Assembly: GCA_002633005.1 (NCBI GenBank)
Contig: NMRA01000111.1
Span: forward strand, 338,866 to 402,865
Length of the DNA: 64,000 nt
Reading direction: 5' to 3'
Origin: Phoronis australis
Lineage: Eukaryota > Animalia > Phoronida
Shown: positions 14,111-29,400 of the stretch, piece after piece
Layout: every line of letters begins with the position of its first letter
Position numbering within the stretch: position 1 is the first letter of the stretch
Translations under genes and position numbers: made by a program
Notes under the pieces: generated by a model
What the model saw: only the letters and a program-made list of their open reading frames with translations
Database searches by the model: none
What the model was told of the DNA's origin: nothing

Positions 14111-14472
14111 CTTAAATCGTGCTTTCATCACTAACGCAGGGTACATTTCTTGTTTGAATTTGCAATAGGTGACAAAGGTACAGTTCGTATGCTCACACGT
14201 CAACACCGGACTTAATTTCTATCTAAGTTGAGATCCAAGACCATAAACAGACTTGGTGTACATGAAATGGTGTTTTCTAAATCATCTTCTACGGTTTTAA
14301 CTTGGCTCGATTTTCGTGAAACATTCACCATGTGTTTCAGGCACTCAGCCCTGCTGAGCAGCTCATGCACTTACTGTACGTATGGGGCGTGTGTTAGACC
14401 ACCAGCAACAGTTTTGAAGAATATAATAACCCCAGTATTGGCTAAATTTGGATAGCACACAGCTTGACTTAC

Positions 14473-14484
14473 CTTCAGGTGTGG
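14473..14484 (-). CDS. 12-nt microexon (x)TPE
   Basis: tttttcAG|CCACACCTGAAG|GTAAGT. Confidence 0.6.
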
Positions 14485-17400
14485 CTGAAAAACAACATAA
14501 TTAATGAATTAGAGTTTCCCGAATATAACAAACATAAAAACAGGTCTCGGAGATTAACAACCGCTTATTTTGTCCCTAACATTTACTCGAGTGAGTTGCT
14601 TGTTAAAATAGAAACCGTATCGTGTCCGGAGAAATATCGGAGGATTCGAAGTGCTACGATGAACTACCATTGTTCGACATCATCGCAGGTTGCTCGAGAT
14701 TGCCAGTACAAAGTCAGATCTTACCTCGTAATCGTGAGGAAATTTCGGAACATTGCGAATAGTAAGGCAACGAACCAAGAAATGCTCTATTTAGACTTTA
14801 ATACCCTACGAGATTCTCGGTAACTTGTGCAAATGTATAAAGGCTATCAACCCATTCAATCTTTATCTTAAACCTGTGACGAATTACAATTACTTAAACA
14901 TTTTTATACAACTTTCAATCACGCGCGCACGAACTTACTGCCCGTAGTACAATATACGCAGGATAGGGCGCAATTTTCCTTGGCCCATGACGCGTAGTCA
15001 CCAAAGCAGGAACTTCTGTCAGGCATGTAGGGAGAGCAGTCTATCTTGTCTTCACATATTGCTTTGAAACAAACGGGAACGTCAGTGTTACAGCATGGCT
15101 TCATTCCTACTGACTTGGAGCGAGAAGAGTACAAATTAACATTCGTGAAATTGTTGTGGTAGGCTTTTGTGCAAACCAAATTTAAATGAATATGCATTAG
15201 CTCAGTTTCATTTTAAAATCGTCTCCAAGTAAAAAAAGGCCAATTTAGGACCTGGCACCATCGTTTCCATTCACAAAGAACCCAATGATTCAGTCTTGCG
15301 TGATATCCTTCATTGGACAACCGATGGTAGTCTTCGAAATTGATTACTACAATTAACAATACTCTGTAAGACGTAGGGGAGCTTCTTGCCGGACTGGGGC
15401 AAACGTCTTACGATAATGCCTTTAAAAAGCACTCGAGAGAATGACAGTGAAACTTCAAATTTCACGACGCAATGGCGACTGATCGAGTTGAGTTTTGAGT
15501 GAAACACTACGCAAAAATGTTTAAGAGCCGTATCGTGTTATAGAGACTAAATTCGGCCCCCCACCCGTTCACATGAAAGAGTGGTGACAGTGAAAGGCGT
15601 TCGCTCTAAAGTGTGGGTCTTAACTATTGAAATAATAACCCTCCTCTGGTCAAATTATGAAAATGACCACAATTTGTCTTACCTTCAGTTGTGGCCACAG
15701 TAGAGGCTGAAACATGTCAATATAAGTTAAGCACCATAATGCAAAGTACATATGAAACATAAAGGAAACTCTTTGATATGAACAATCTGTCTAAAAAACA
15801 ACTTTTGTTTCACCTTGAGACTTAAATGTCGTAGGGTAGTCATAGCAAGTTGTTTTCTTGTATTCACATGCTGTTTTGAAACGAATGGAAGAATTAACTT
15901 TGCAGTACGGTTTCAAAGCATTTTACTTCCTACGAGCAAAGTACACCCAATGTTCGGGAAATGTTATGACAGGATCCCGCTCTTGCGAAAATCGAGGGAA
16001 CATGTCATTTCTCTGTATTCTTTTACAATGATTTCCCATCATATACTAGGCCACTTTGGGACCTGGCACCAACCCTTCAGTCAACTAGAACGACTATATA
16101 TAATTATCACAGTTCTTATCCCCGTCATTGCATGGCTTGGAGTCGTTTTAAAAATAAACTAGAATGGAATTTACAAGAATCTGACAGACTGGGACAAACG
16201 TCTCCCGAGAATGCCTGTGAAAAGACCACCTGTGACAGTGATCTGATTGATCGCAGAGAGTTATGAGTGAAACGGTGTGGGAAAGGGTTAATCCAGGAAC
16301 CCTTACGTGTTATACCGACTAGACTGGTTTACATGATGCAGTGGTGATATTATAGTCCGTTGCGTTAATGAAAGTATCTCAAATATGCAATATAATTACC
16401 TGCACCTGCTCACGTTATCAAGATGAGACGTAATTTGACCTACCTTCAGTTGTAGTCGCAAGCGGAGTTGTGGCTGAAACAGGGAATGTAGATTAAACAT
16501 TAGAGTGCACCGTATATATGGAGCGTAAAGGAATGTCTTGGAGATTAAGAACTGTAATTAAATTAGAATCAAAAATGTTTACCGTATGTAGGCCTTGGTC
16601 TCGTAATACATTTCGCATTGGAAGTGTGCAATGACAATTTTAGTTCTTAGCACAGTTGACCTTGAACTACATGGCGCCAGGCTTTTTAGTTCACAAAGAG
16701 CATGGCTCTGAATTTATTTAACTACTCTCGCATCGTCTGCCATAATCGTCTGCAAAAGTTTCGGAGTACATCACCACGCAGAGGGCAGTGACACATCACA
16801 TGAATCTCGTTTTCAGTTTGACCACTAATGCATGTTCCTCACATTCTCTCATCCTCGGTTAAACCTGCGTGCAGATCAAGGCCTTGCAGCACGAAATTTA
16901 CTCTTTGTTAGTTATTGAAGTACATGAACCTTTCTCAGGTCAGGTACTCTCGTCTTTGTTTGTCATTACAAAACTAGACTCCACTTTTCGCACTATTTTG
17001 AACATGAAACCTTTACACCAAGTGGTTGGGTATTCTAACTTCAGGTTGACCAAGCACCTCTCGCTCCTGCTCTTTTCAGGGCGGATCCAGGATTTTGAGT
17101 TACGGGAGGGCAGAACAGAATGTCAGCCAGGATTCTGCCAGTCAGACATTCGCGTCCCCGAAATGGAAAATGGAATCTGGGAGAATTATAGGGGGTTTGA
17201 TCACGTGCCCCTGCCACTGCTTATTACGTTTGGTGTGGACCAGTATGTTTTTGTTATTTGTAAATAAATGGTTCTTTGACTTTTCGGAAGGTTCTCAGAT
17301 TCAATGACCGATTACTGATCCGTTTGCTGTCTCGTTTTGTGGATGTCACCCTCATGGTACTTTAAAATATAAACTTACATTAACGCACTGCCTATTTCGC

Positions 17401-20400
17401 TTGATTTCCCCGCTGCTGACATCTTACAGCAGAATCCGGTTCATAGTTCAACTTCCAAACAAGTTTCGCATAATTGTAAAACATTAGGATCAATTAAGAG
17501 GGTCTGTTACAACAGAATGCCAGCTATGCATACCGTCCCTCGTTAGAGTAGGATAATAAACAATATTTTTGAGCTATTGAGGAGTCAAAAATGTTTGTAG
17601 CAGAGTAGCATACTTGGTGAAAAATACCCCAGTAAAATGTAGCTAGCACGGTGTGTTGTCAGTTTGGTAGAATGGTAAATATTTTAACTTACACTCAGTT
17701 GCGGTAGTGAGAGGGATTGTAGCTGAAACATGAGAACATCAAACCAATAAAGTTGGAAATGCCTTAGAGTTTAACAATTGTTTAATATAAAAACCTCTAT
17801 TTCATTGTTTCATATCAAAATAGAAACTGCGACGCGCCTGTTGGAATAAAAGACGATTCAAAGTACCCCGATCAAGTGTGCAAGGTCTTTTTAGCAGGTA
17901 TCACGTGATGTTTTGAGATAACTCGGACTTTACGACGCAATTGCGATTTTTCGAAGACTTGTGCTACGTGTATGAGTTCCTGGAGTAATGCGATTAATAC
18001 ACAGCCTATTATAAAAAATCAAGAAGAATTAAATTCATGAAGTCTGATTGAAAACATTAAAAAGTCTCAGGTTTCTCAGTGAAATTTTCAAATATTTTGG
18101 GGGTAGTCTGTCAATCATTTCAACAAGGTCATTTAATAAGAATTTTCGACAAGTGGCTTTACTAGGCACTCAACACCAGGGGTCATTTCTGTCCTCCTCA
18201 AGGGCAATAAACCAAAAGAAACTTTGAGCAATTGGAGACCTCTGCTTACTCAATGAAATAAAAAAATTCGGGCTATATTGCTCAACGTTTTAAGAGTGTA
18301 GTAGACTTTTTCTTTACATGAAGATTTCACAATTTACCCCAAAACGCTGTTAGGGATTTTCGATTACTCATTTACAGTGTACGTTTAATTGTATGGCAAA
18401 TTAACTAAAAAAGTAATGTATTTATATAATATAACAGAGCCGTATCGTGTTATCAGGACTAGATTCGTCCCCCACCTGTTCACATGACAGAGTGGTGACA
18501 GTGAAAGGCGTTCACCCTAAAGTGTGGGACTTAACTATTGAAATAATAACCCTCCTCTGGTCAAATTATGAAAATGACCACAATTTGTCTTACCTTCAGT
18601 TGTGGCCACAGTAGAGGCTGAAACATGTCAATATAAGGTAAGCACTAGAATGCAAAGTACATATGAAACATAAAGGAAACTCTTTGATATGAACAATCTA
18701 TCTAAAACAACTTTTGTTTCACCTTGAGACTTAAATGTCATAGGGTAGTCATGGCAAGTTGTTTTCTAGACCTAAAATGCTGTTTTGAAACGAATGGAAG
18801 AATTAACTTTGCATTAAGGTTTCAGAAAATTTACTTGCTACAAGAAAAGTACACCCAATGTTCGGGAAATGTTATGACAGGATCCTGCTCTTGCGAAAAT
18901 CGAGGGAACGTGTCATTTCTCTGTATTCTTTTACAATGATTTCCCATCATATACTTGGCCACTTTGGGACTCGCACCAACCCGTCCATCAACTAGAACGA
19001 CCAGATATAGTTCTCAGAGTTCTGATCCCCGTCACTGCGTGACTTGGAGTCGTTTTCAAAATAAACTAGATTGGAAGTGACAATAATCTAACAGACTGGG
19101 ACAAACGTCTCCCGAGAATGCCTGTGAAAAGACCCCATATGACAGTGATCGGATTGATTGCAGAGAGTTATGAGTGAAACAGTGTGGGAAAGGGTTAATC
19201 CAGGAACCCTTACGTGTTATACCGACTAGACTGGTCATCCACGTGTTTACATGATGCATTGGTGATATTATAGTCCTTTGCTTTAATGAGAGTATCTCAA
19301 ATATGCAAAATAATTACCTGCACCTGCTCACATTATCAAGATGACACGTAATTTGACTTACCTTCAGTTGTAGTCACAAGCGGAGTTGTGGCTGAAACAG
19401 GGAATATAGATTAAACATTAGAGTGCACCATATATATGAATCGTAAAGGAATGTCTTGAAGATTAAGATCTGTTAGTACTTAATTTAGAATCAAAAAGTG
19501 TTTACTGTATGTAGGCCTTGGTGTCGTAATACATTTTGCATTGAAAGTTTGCAATGGCAATTTCAGTTCTTAGCACAGTTGACCTTGAACTACAAGGCGA
19601 CAGGCTTTTTAGTTCACAAAGAGCATGACTCTGAATCTATCTAACTACTGTGGCATCGTCTGCCATAATCGTCAGCAAAAGTTTCTGGCCACATCACCAC
19701 GGACAGAGCAGTGACACATCACATTAATCTCGTTTTCAGTTTGACCAGTAATTCCTTTTCATCACATTCTCTCATCTTCGGTTAGACCTGTGTGCAGATC
19801 AACTCCACTTTGCGCACTACTTTCAACATGAAACCTTTAAACCAAGTGGTTGGGTATTCTAACTTTAGGGTGGCCAAGCACCTCTCCCTCCTGCTCTTTT
19901 CACGAGCGGATCCAGGATTTTGAGTTACCGGAGGCAGAACAGAGTATTAGCTAGGGTTCTGCCAGTCAGACATTCGTACCCCCGAAACGGAAAACGGAAA
20001 ATGAATGAATTTTAAGGGGGTTGATCACTTGCCCCTTAAATCTGCAGCAGACTTACCTTTAGTTGTCGTCACACGAGGAGTTGTGGCTGAAACGCAACAA
20101 TATTAGTTAAGTATTAAAAAAATTACAAAAGGTAATATATGAATGCCACATTATAGTCCATTCGAGACAAGAGTCACCAAGTACAGTAACAAACATATAC
20201 ACAAGCACAGTTAAATACAATACAAGGAGTTAATCAATTTTTCTCTACGCACTGTGGCCAAGTATATAAGTTTCCCAATGTTTGCATCAGGAATCTTCAT
20301 AACATTGTTGAATTATCCTATACGCGTGATAGTATGGCCATGAAATACGGGTTGTTGTATTGTGAGGGTTGATATGGAAGAACTATTTTTCCGTATTCAA

Positions 20401-23400
20401 CGCGCGTTGAATACGGATGCCTTATTTCTCGCCAAAATTCTCTCCTGAGCACACAATATACTACCATTGGTAGAAACATGATTATGTATATAGCATCACT
20501 TTGGGTTCAGCTCCGTACGCAATATTTTCACATGCAGTACTATGATATGAGTTCTGGAAACTAAACAAAAAGTGAAATAAAAATATTGTTGACAATGTTT
20601 CTTAATATACCGTCAAATTTTGCACCTGAGTGGAACACTTAAATCACAAAAATTCTCGAACTTGCCACAATATATTTGGGAATAGGAAAGCCATATACAT
20701 TACAAACGCATGCCTTCTTTTGGTCACCTATTGCACTACACCAGTTGATGTTCTTCACGATCAATTATGAGTCAGTTTTTGAATTCGTTCTTAAAACAAT
20801 CAGAATACGTCGAGCCCAAAAGCAAAACTGCAACTTCTCTAAACACTGTGTTTTTTCAGGTTTATGATAAATTTTGGAATACTTTCTACCTAAAAATTAT
20901 AAGAACCGCGCGCAAGGAGCATTTTTAAGAAGCGTCTGAACGTGGATCAGCAAAACATTTTCTGGGTGTCCTGCACAAACATTACTGAACGAAGTCAAGA
21001 AAAATCCTCAGAAATCTAAGCAAACTTTAACTTAGAAATAGATCTAGCTCAAACTCTGATGAAAATAGCGAAAATAGCAAATATGCACCCCAAGCCTGTA
21101 GCTGCTGTAATATACAACTGCTGTGTTATGCAGGCTGCAAAAATCATTCATAAAAATTTTGCGTGCACGTGTGCGTGTCACGCGATCTGCGATCATCATT
21201 GATAAAAGATGACAAAGGACACCAAAACCAGGCATCGCCCTCGTTCAAATACTTTTGCTTATACCACAATAGTAGCCTCGAATGGCAGATACAACCGTGT
21301 AATAACCCATAAAGTTATCTCACTAGTGAGATAACATTTTGGCGGGAAACCGAGGCCGGATTCGAACCCGGGCCTCAACAGTTGCAAGTCACCGACTTTA
21401 CCAGTACACCACTCAGCGGCTGACGTCATCGAACGTAAAAATAGAATACTTAAATGAGCACGCGCAACAATTGCATGTTCAGCAAAGGGCATTGCACCGA
21501 CAATTATACGCTATGAAAAATAAGACGCATAATTTCCATAAAAATGATATTTTAATTCAGTGAAATTTTTCTCTCGTGTTCTCTCACTTGTAAATCACCG
21601 ATATCCAATTTGAATGCAGGTGTCGTGTGGTCGGAATCATTTGACTTGAGCATTATAGTCAGTTACTAGTGGTAACCTACTTTAGCAGACGGTATATTCC
21701 CGGTCGAAGCTTAGCGTGATAAAATGTGTAGTAAGCTATAACAGTTGCTAAACCTTAATTTATAGATTCACTTTATTTCTATTTCGTTTTATTTTTCAAT
21801 TGGTTTTGTGTAAAAGCATTATTTTACAAAAATATCTCGGCTTTTATTAAAAGGTCACGAACTTCGACCCCGGGACTCTGACATAGAAAGTAGTTACAAA
21901 GCCGAGGCGAGTCGAGAAAGATAGATCGATTCATTGCAATGTTTCTCGTTCAGTATGTGGCATAGATTATTACATGTTCTCAGCCGTTATCCCCCTCGGG
22001 CGATAATTCTCCAAAATCCACTCGGGCTCTAGATAACGGGGGATAACGACTTCGCCATGTAATAATCTATATATATCACGAATCTCGATATAATAACTAA
22101 TAACACACTGGTACGAACACGTACTTTGTATTACCTATACGTATAGCACAGGGTTACGTTTATCAAAATTGACATTCATATATTGCTGAAGGAGATCTGC
22201 ATAAGCATTACACACCAACAAAAGGTGCAGTTCGTCTTCAAAGTAGTTTACATTACAGAAAAAGCAAATTGTATTACAGGAATCTATTTTGTTGCGCCTT
22301 CCACTTCCACGTTTAATTTTTGGTTCGCTCAACGAAATCTTGAGAAATTTTGTATAAAATGACGAGGTAGATTAAACTGAAAACATTCCTCAGAAGAGTA
22401 ATTGTGTTTGAAAGATTTAAAATAGAACACTTTGATTTGTGGTTTTTATGAATTTTAACTGCACAAACTAAAAGCAAATCTCTCTTTGGAAAATTTGTTT
22501 AAATTGTTAAATCACATGTTACACCTTGATTTATCTACACTTCATAAAATCCATAACTGGATAAAAGTGAACTTACAGAGGAAGACCAATTATAAGAAAA
22601 TCTGCCGTTTCTATTAAGAATAAATAGCATGTCATACATAGCTCGGACATACTTGCTTGACAGAAATTTCAGTATCTCAAACCAAAATTTATACATGTGA
22701 TCAAATGTTTTGTAATCAGAAGATAACGCCAGCATTCACTTAGTACGGCTGCATTGGAACAAGAAGTTCTGGCACCAACCACCATTTTCCAGTATTTCAC
22801 GTGAAAACGTAGTATGGTGTCATACTTTTTCAGCTGGATGTTAACAACTGTCTTTTACAGGGTTTGTTCTAAAATCCCTCGACCCCATAGCCCACGACCC
22901 CCTCGACCCACAGTCCCCACGACCCCCACCCCCACCCACGACCTGCATCAGCAGCTGTATCTTTACGCATTTTACACATTCAATAATCATATTTCATCAG
23001 TGAACGACTTTCCTATAAGACGTATCTACACGCGAATTCTGCTCTGTCTCAAGTTTAGTGGTTAAAAACAGCAAGTGGCGTAGGAACATGATCTGAAATA
23101 GCGGATTGTGAGCGTGCTATCGTTGTCACGGATATAATTCCACGAGCGGCTACCAATGCCCTTATTCACTAAACTTAGGGAGAGAGATGATTAACGTGAA
23201 TGCACATAATTTTAGTTTTTAACATTTGCTTTCTGTTGTATACTCGTATACAATATACTCCATGTAACGTGGACATAAGGTTTAGTTAACATATTGTTTT
23301 TTCAAACTGTATTTACTGAAAAAATTACATATTCGTCGATTTCTCGCTCTCTCCCAAACGCTTGAATCTGCCATTCACTGAAGAGCCCTCTGCCAGGAAC

Positions 23401-26400
23401 GACATTCGTAACCTTGGTAGGCCTCTGATGTGATTAGGTCGCGTTGTTTTTTTGTTCTGTTTTTGGCTTTCAAACTTGCCAAATCGACTCTCTTAATTAC
23501 AAGAAACAGGCAAAAACAAGCTCAGCGCTTCCTCTATGTTCAGAAGGAATCGAGGGGGTTGTGGGCCGTGGATAGCGAGGGATGTAGGTCGAGGGGGTCG
23601 TGGTGTGCGGGGGTCGAGTGAGTTTTAGAACAATCCCTGTTTCATCGTGCATTTCAACACCAAAAAGTCCAAAATTGTGATCGTGGTTTTTCTTTGTTCA
23701 GATTCCTGCCGAATTTTAGACGAAAGAGGAAGCTAGAGATCCGCAAATCGATGATTAAAAATGCCGTCACAGCGCCACCTATGCCGATTTCTCTATAAGA
23801 CAATACACCCCGGGCTGTTAAGTGTATTGAAAGCATTGATTGGCATCCGACAAAAGTGCCGTGTAAAATAGTCTATTTTATATTAGCCGCTTGACCAGTG
23901 AAATCCAAATACCTGAAGTACAGCGTGACGTTGCACTAATCGAATGGAACAAGCAGACATCATTTGACGTGATCGAACAACATACCGAATTTTAGTGAAA
24001 ACCACCCGTTCTTGAAAGCCGGAGTAACGAGAACAAATGAACAAAACAACAAAACGGAACAGGGAAACCTGGATTTACTGAAGTCCTAGCGAAAAACAAT
24101 GCAGACAGCATAAGACGAGGTTATCCACATACAGAATGTCAAAGAGATCAGTCACCGATACCAGCGCGCACCCGGGGAGGGGACGAAGTTGGGAAAAGGT
24201 CCGCCCCCCTGAGAGACAAAAAGTCCAAGAAAATGGGACAAAAGTCCACTAAATAAGCGCAAATACGCAATTCACAGTGGTGATCCCGTTTTTTTAATCC
24301 GCCCTCTCTTTTGTTAGCAAAAGGTCCACCACGTCGGGAATTAGAGCCCCACCATATTGAAGGCTGGGTGCGCGCATGCGATAACCGGAGATACGACTCT
24401 ACAAAGCGAAAGAAAACCGCCGCCACACCGCCAATTTGCATCCGATAGGAACAAAAAGCACCTGGGTCCGAGGTCTAATCCTTGTACTCGAAATCCAACT
24501 GGAAACTTCTTTGGCATTTTGTGTTTTACTTTTTGTGAACTCAAAAATTTGACACTAATGCTGGTGCCATTATGTGCAAAATAAGATTATAACGTCATCC
24601 ACGCAAGCCATTTCGGACTCGAGGATAGAATAATTGATACTGTCTTAAAGTTTGCAAAAAATACTGAGAACATTTCAAACAAGTTTCGATTTCGAGTGAA
24701 CAGATTACAATACAGGCCTGGGCCACGAGACACATGTTGTGTGCAAATTTCATGAACACCGCTAGTGACATTACCGAGAACGGCGTACAAGCCATGAGGT
24801 TCTTGAACACTAAAACTTATGACTGCGCAACAGCCTGAGAAGTGTACAAGAACTGGATCTTATTGATCAGTAAAGCTATAGAAGAACGCGAGAACAATAA
24901 ATCGGAAAAAAAACTTTAGATCAAATGCATGCAGAACTAGAGCTTCGACAATCGAAATTTGTACAGCGTCCGTGACAGCATTACCTTGTAAGCGATATCT
25001 CCCTGAAACAATGGGCCTCGACAACTTATCGGGATGAACGCTGTAAAACCATTTCATTTGGATCGGGTGAAAAAGGCCAATTGTAGCACGTATTCAAACA
25101 AACTTATTCAATGTAAAATTCAACTTCACGACAAAACAATATATTATGAAAATAATAAGCAAGACAAAGGCAAAATCTTGGCTTTCGTGAATAACAAGCA
25201 AACTACACAAAAAATTCGCTTCACGACAGAGTAATACTTGGCGAATAGTAGTCTGTCAGGAAAAAATAGCAAGCAACAAATCCTGTCGACTTCTCTTTTC
25301 ACTTATGTAATCTTCTGAACTTCAGTTAAAATCATTGTTCAATTTCGGGACTAGTGCTTCTGCCACTGAAATGTAGATTCACGTTTTTGACATACAATGG
25401 AAAAAACAAAAAGTAAACATTCCTTCAACAACCTAACAAAATGACCAAAAAGCCTCCTTTGCAATTCCATTGGAGTCATACCATGTTCAAAAATTGGTGA
25501 ATACCATGATGAAAAAAAATATTATTCACTATAGGCCTAAGCCTCATGCATTGTTATCTTTTAACTTTGCATATACAAACCTTACATTAAGTAAGAAGAA
25601 TAATTAAAAATATTTGGTTGTGTTTTAGAAGAACATTTAGATTTTTCATTGACATCGAATGTTTTGGCTGAGGCTGCAGGGAGTGAATTTAGGTGATTGA
25701 TTTCTAAATTTAAGTACTTAAAGGGCTTGGGAGATCAAACTTACAAAAAAAAAAAACTGTCCGACGCTTGCGTCAGTCCTATCCTTGATTATTGTGCTGG
25801 AGTTTGGGGTTTTAATCAGCATAGCAAATGTTATGCAGTACAAAATAGGTATAGATGCTGTTTTCTCGGAGTAAACTGATTGGCGCCAAATGTAGCGGTT
25901 CATGACGACATGGCCTGGCATGACTCTGTTTTATGACACCAGTGTTACTAAGGTGATTTTTCTTTGGGATTATAGGTTGGAACAAAAAACGTTAATTAAA
26001 ACGCTTTCTTTGAATAAGTGCTCTTTTGACAAAGAGGCACCTTGCAAAATTCTGCAAAGGCAACTGGCTGACACCTGGTCAGAACAGATCCAAACAGCGC
26101 CCAAATTGGAGAATTCTAATTTTTTTAAAATTGCTTTTGAAACAGAACTGCACATTAAGCTTCCACGTGACAGATCTTTACGAACATTTCTTTCTCAGTG
26201 TCGCTGTGGAATCCTTCCTCTGAGAGTTGAAACGGGAGGTTTCATAGGTTTGTTCTTGGAGGACAGACTGTGTGAGAAATGTCAGGCAGGAAAAGGTGAG
26301 GATGAGTTTTATTTCTTATCTTATTGTTGTGTATATACACAAAACGTACCGATAGTGGCCTACATGAAGTCATATCCTACGAGACATTATTCGGCGTGTC

Positions 26401-29400
26401 GACTGAAACCGAAGGTTGAGGTCGATACGCGGAATAATGTCTCGTGGGATATTACTTCATGTCCGCCGATCGAGGTACGTTTTGTGTTTATCCCAAGTTT
26501 CTTTCATTTTTTCTGCACATTTTTAAATACTTCACTCAGACTGCTCACGTAGCGGATCACAACCTATATGCGCGTGAGATTGCATGTTTTCTCTAGTATG
26601 CGAAACAGTTTTAAATGTAACGATTTATTACTTGAAAAGAGATAACAGAGAGGAAAACAACGGCAACTTAGCACTGAACTTGTATCATCTCCTGAAAATA
26701 GTTAAATAACAACAATATTTGATACTGTAGTTACCGAGGAATCCGCGCCTGAGTTGCAGACAATATAATATTTTGCAAATGAAATCTGAGACAAAACGGT
26801 CATGTAATTAACAGTCCTGCTCCAGATGTTACGATTGCTATAATTGTATCACTTTAATTAAATTCTTTTCTGAAAGTTTGATGATCTAACCAGCTAACGA
26901 CGTCGAGTCGACATTGCCCTACCGTTTGAACTTTCCATGTCAGAGGTCACTGTAGTACGGGAGGTGAATACATGGCAGTATTTCCCTCCACAGATTCAAC
27001 GCGTATGGGATAAATGACAATATAAGAGAAAAGTGTTTGATGCTTTTCGCACTATATTTAGCCTAGACCCTAAATAATTCTTGAATAGTGAATTTTTATG
27101 TATCATGTTTTCTAATGTAAGTACCATACATTCTTTAGCTTAATATCTCTGGGATTGCTCTTCAATCCGGAAATTAAATGTGTATTCTACTGTTTCGTAA
27201 CTGCTGTTGCTCTTGTTGGAGTGGCATGTCTCAGTTCCTTCCATGTTCTTCCACGATTCTTTCCACGTTGTGATTAGTTATTTATTGTTCAATTGCTACA
27301 ATAATGCACACACACAGAATCTTCCTTGTTCCTCCATGTTGTCATTAACTAATTTGTTTTTATTGTTACAGTATTCTAAGCCTCTTCGAGGCTAGATGCT
27401 TCTTAGGCACGATACTTAAAACAAAGAAAACACAAACATGAATAATATTCGGTAGATACATGTACAGCGAAACGCGTAAAAATGTCTTGGAAATTAAAAA
27501 CTGTCTTTACAAATAATCTGTATTTCGCCTGGAGAGTTAAAAAGCAAAACGGAAACCACAACTCGTACGTAGAAATAATAGAGAGTCGGAAGTTTCAAAA
27601 TCAATGGCGATTCATAAAAGAGAGACATCACATGAATGCAATTCACGGTTCATTCCGCATAGCAGGACTGCGGACCACGAGCAAAATGATATTTAGCCAG
27701 TCAAATGTTTTTGTGGAATAAATCCAAGTACGTGGTTTAAGTCAACACATTGAAATTCAACTTTGTACATGTACGGAACTACATACTTCAAACAATTTTA
27801 ACACAGTTTTAATTACATGTGCACTAACTTACAGCCTGGAGAACAGAATCCGCAGAATTTGGGACAGCTGTATCTGGCCCATGACTCGTGGTCAATGCAT
27901 ACAGATCTGCTGTAGTCATGGCAATTTGTTTTCTTGTCTTCACATGCTGTTTTGAAATAAATAATTAATTTTGCAGTACGGTTTCCTAACATCTTACTTT
28001 CTACGAGCAAAACACACAGGATGTTTGGGAAATGTTGTGACATGATCTTACTCTTACAAGATTTGAGTGAACATGTGTTTTCATTCACAATGCTTTTCAA
28101 TACATGGCCACTTTAGGACCTCTCACCAGTACTACCATCTTCAAGAACGACTACAATGGTCTGATCACTGTCATTGTATGACTTGGAGTAGTTTTCAAAA
28201 TGTACTACACTGGAATTAACAAGAATCTGACAGACTGGGCGAAACACTGTACGAGAATGCCTGTGAAAGGGAGAGTGGAGACAGTTAAAAACGTTTGCTA
28301 AAAAGCGAGTATCTCAGTTACGCAAAATAGTAATCTGCACCTGCTCAAATAATCAAGATGGCAGTTAGTTTGACTTTACTGCAGTTGTAGTCGCAAGCGG
28401 AGTTGTGGCTGAAACACGTAATATAAGTTATACGTTAGAATGCACCGTATATATGGAGCATGGAGATTATATCAGAATCAGAAATGTTTACTGTATGTAG
28501 ACCTTGGCCTCATAATACAGTTCACGTTAAAACTTTCCTATAACAATTTTTCGGCTTCTAATATAGTTGCTCTTGGAATAGATAATGCCAGGCTTGTACT
28601 TCACATGGATCGTGACTAACTACTGTGGCATTATCTGTCATAATCATCAGCAAAAGTTTCTGTGCACATCACCAAGGTCAGGGCAGTGACACACGAAACG
28701 AATATCGTTTTCAATTTGACCAGTATTGCGTATTCCACAAATTCTCTCATCTGCGGATAGACCTGGGTGCCGCCCTGTATCAATGTACAGCTTGTGCATT
28801 GAACTTGTAAGTAGTTTCCTTAGCGAGGGGTCTAAAACATGCACGTATTTTTCACACAGTACTTCCGTTTTGACAGAACAACAAAATTGATAATTAGTCG
28901 AAGTATTAATTACAAAGTGCCAATTTTGTACGTAGAAGTCAATTAATCCCTTACAAAATTTTGAAATGAATAAATCTACGTCACCCGGTCCGTATAATCA
29001 TACCTTCCACACCCGTAGGTGAATCATAGCATTTTCACAGAACATACCCAGTTTGTTGTCTCTAAAAGTAATCTCTGTTTTACCTTGAGGGCTAAATATC
29101 AAATTTGAACCACAGCACATACGTTGAAACAACAAATGGTTTGAAGGGTGACAATAAACAAAAAACACGATGAACCGTTTTGCCTCAAAAGAACAGACTA
29201 CGACAGTCGAGTGTAGCGATACGCGTTGCGTGCAAAGGTCATCTTCATCAGACAAAAAATGCAAACTGTAGCTTGCGTATACATGTACATTAACTTAGAA
29301 AAATCACCACACAGCATCATACAAAAAGATATTGCTCTTTGCCAAATAATTACAGTATGACAAAGCGTTTGACTTGTCATTCGTTCAATAACAAGCAAGC

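Larger units (their letters stand above)
15525..20040 (+). repeat. Tandem ~2.9-kb-period duplication (15525-17350 / 18436-20040), mirrored at 39397-41240 / 42310-43990
   Basis: Direct repeats starting agagccgtatcgtgttat. Confidence 0.9.
1..20170 (+). repeat. Segmental duplication copy A
   Basis: Collinear with 32415-44172 except for insertions 2229-8557 and ~10578-12730. Confidence 0.95.

Noticed and set aside
14374-14441. Possible extra minus-strand exon ending at gtaag
   Set aside because: Not a multiple of 3, weak acceptor, no similarity to ShK or linker exons.
21340-21420. Functional tRNA-Ala gene
   Set aside because: Acceptor and anticodon stems do not pair properly and it sits in a repeat nest; SINE-like relic.
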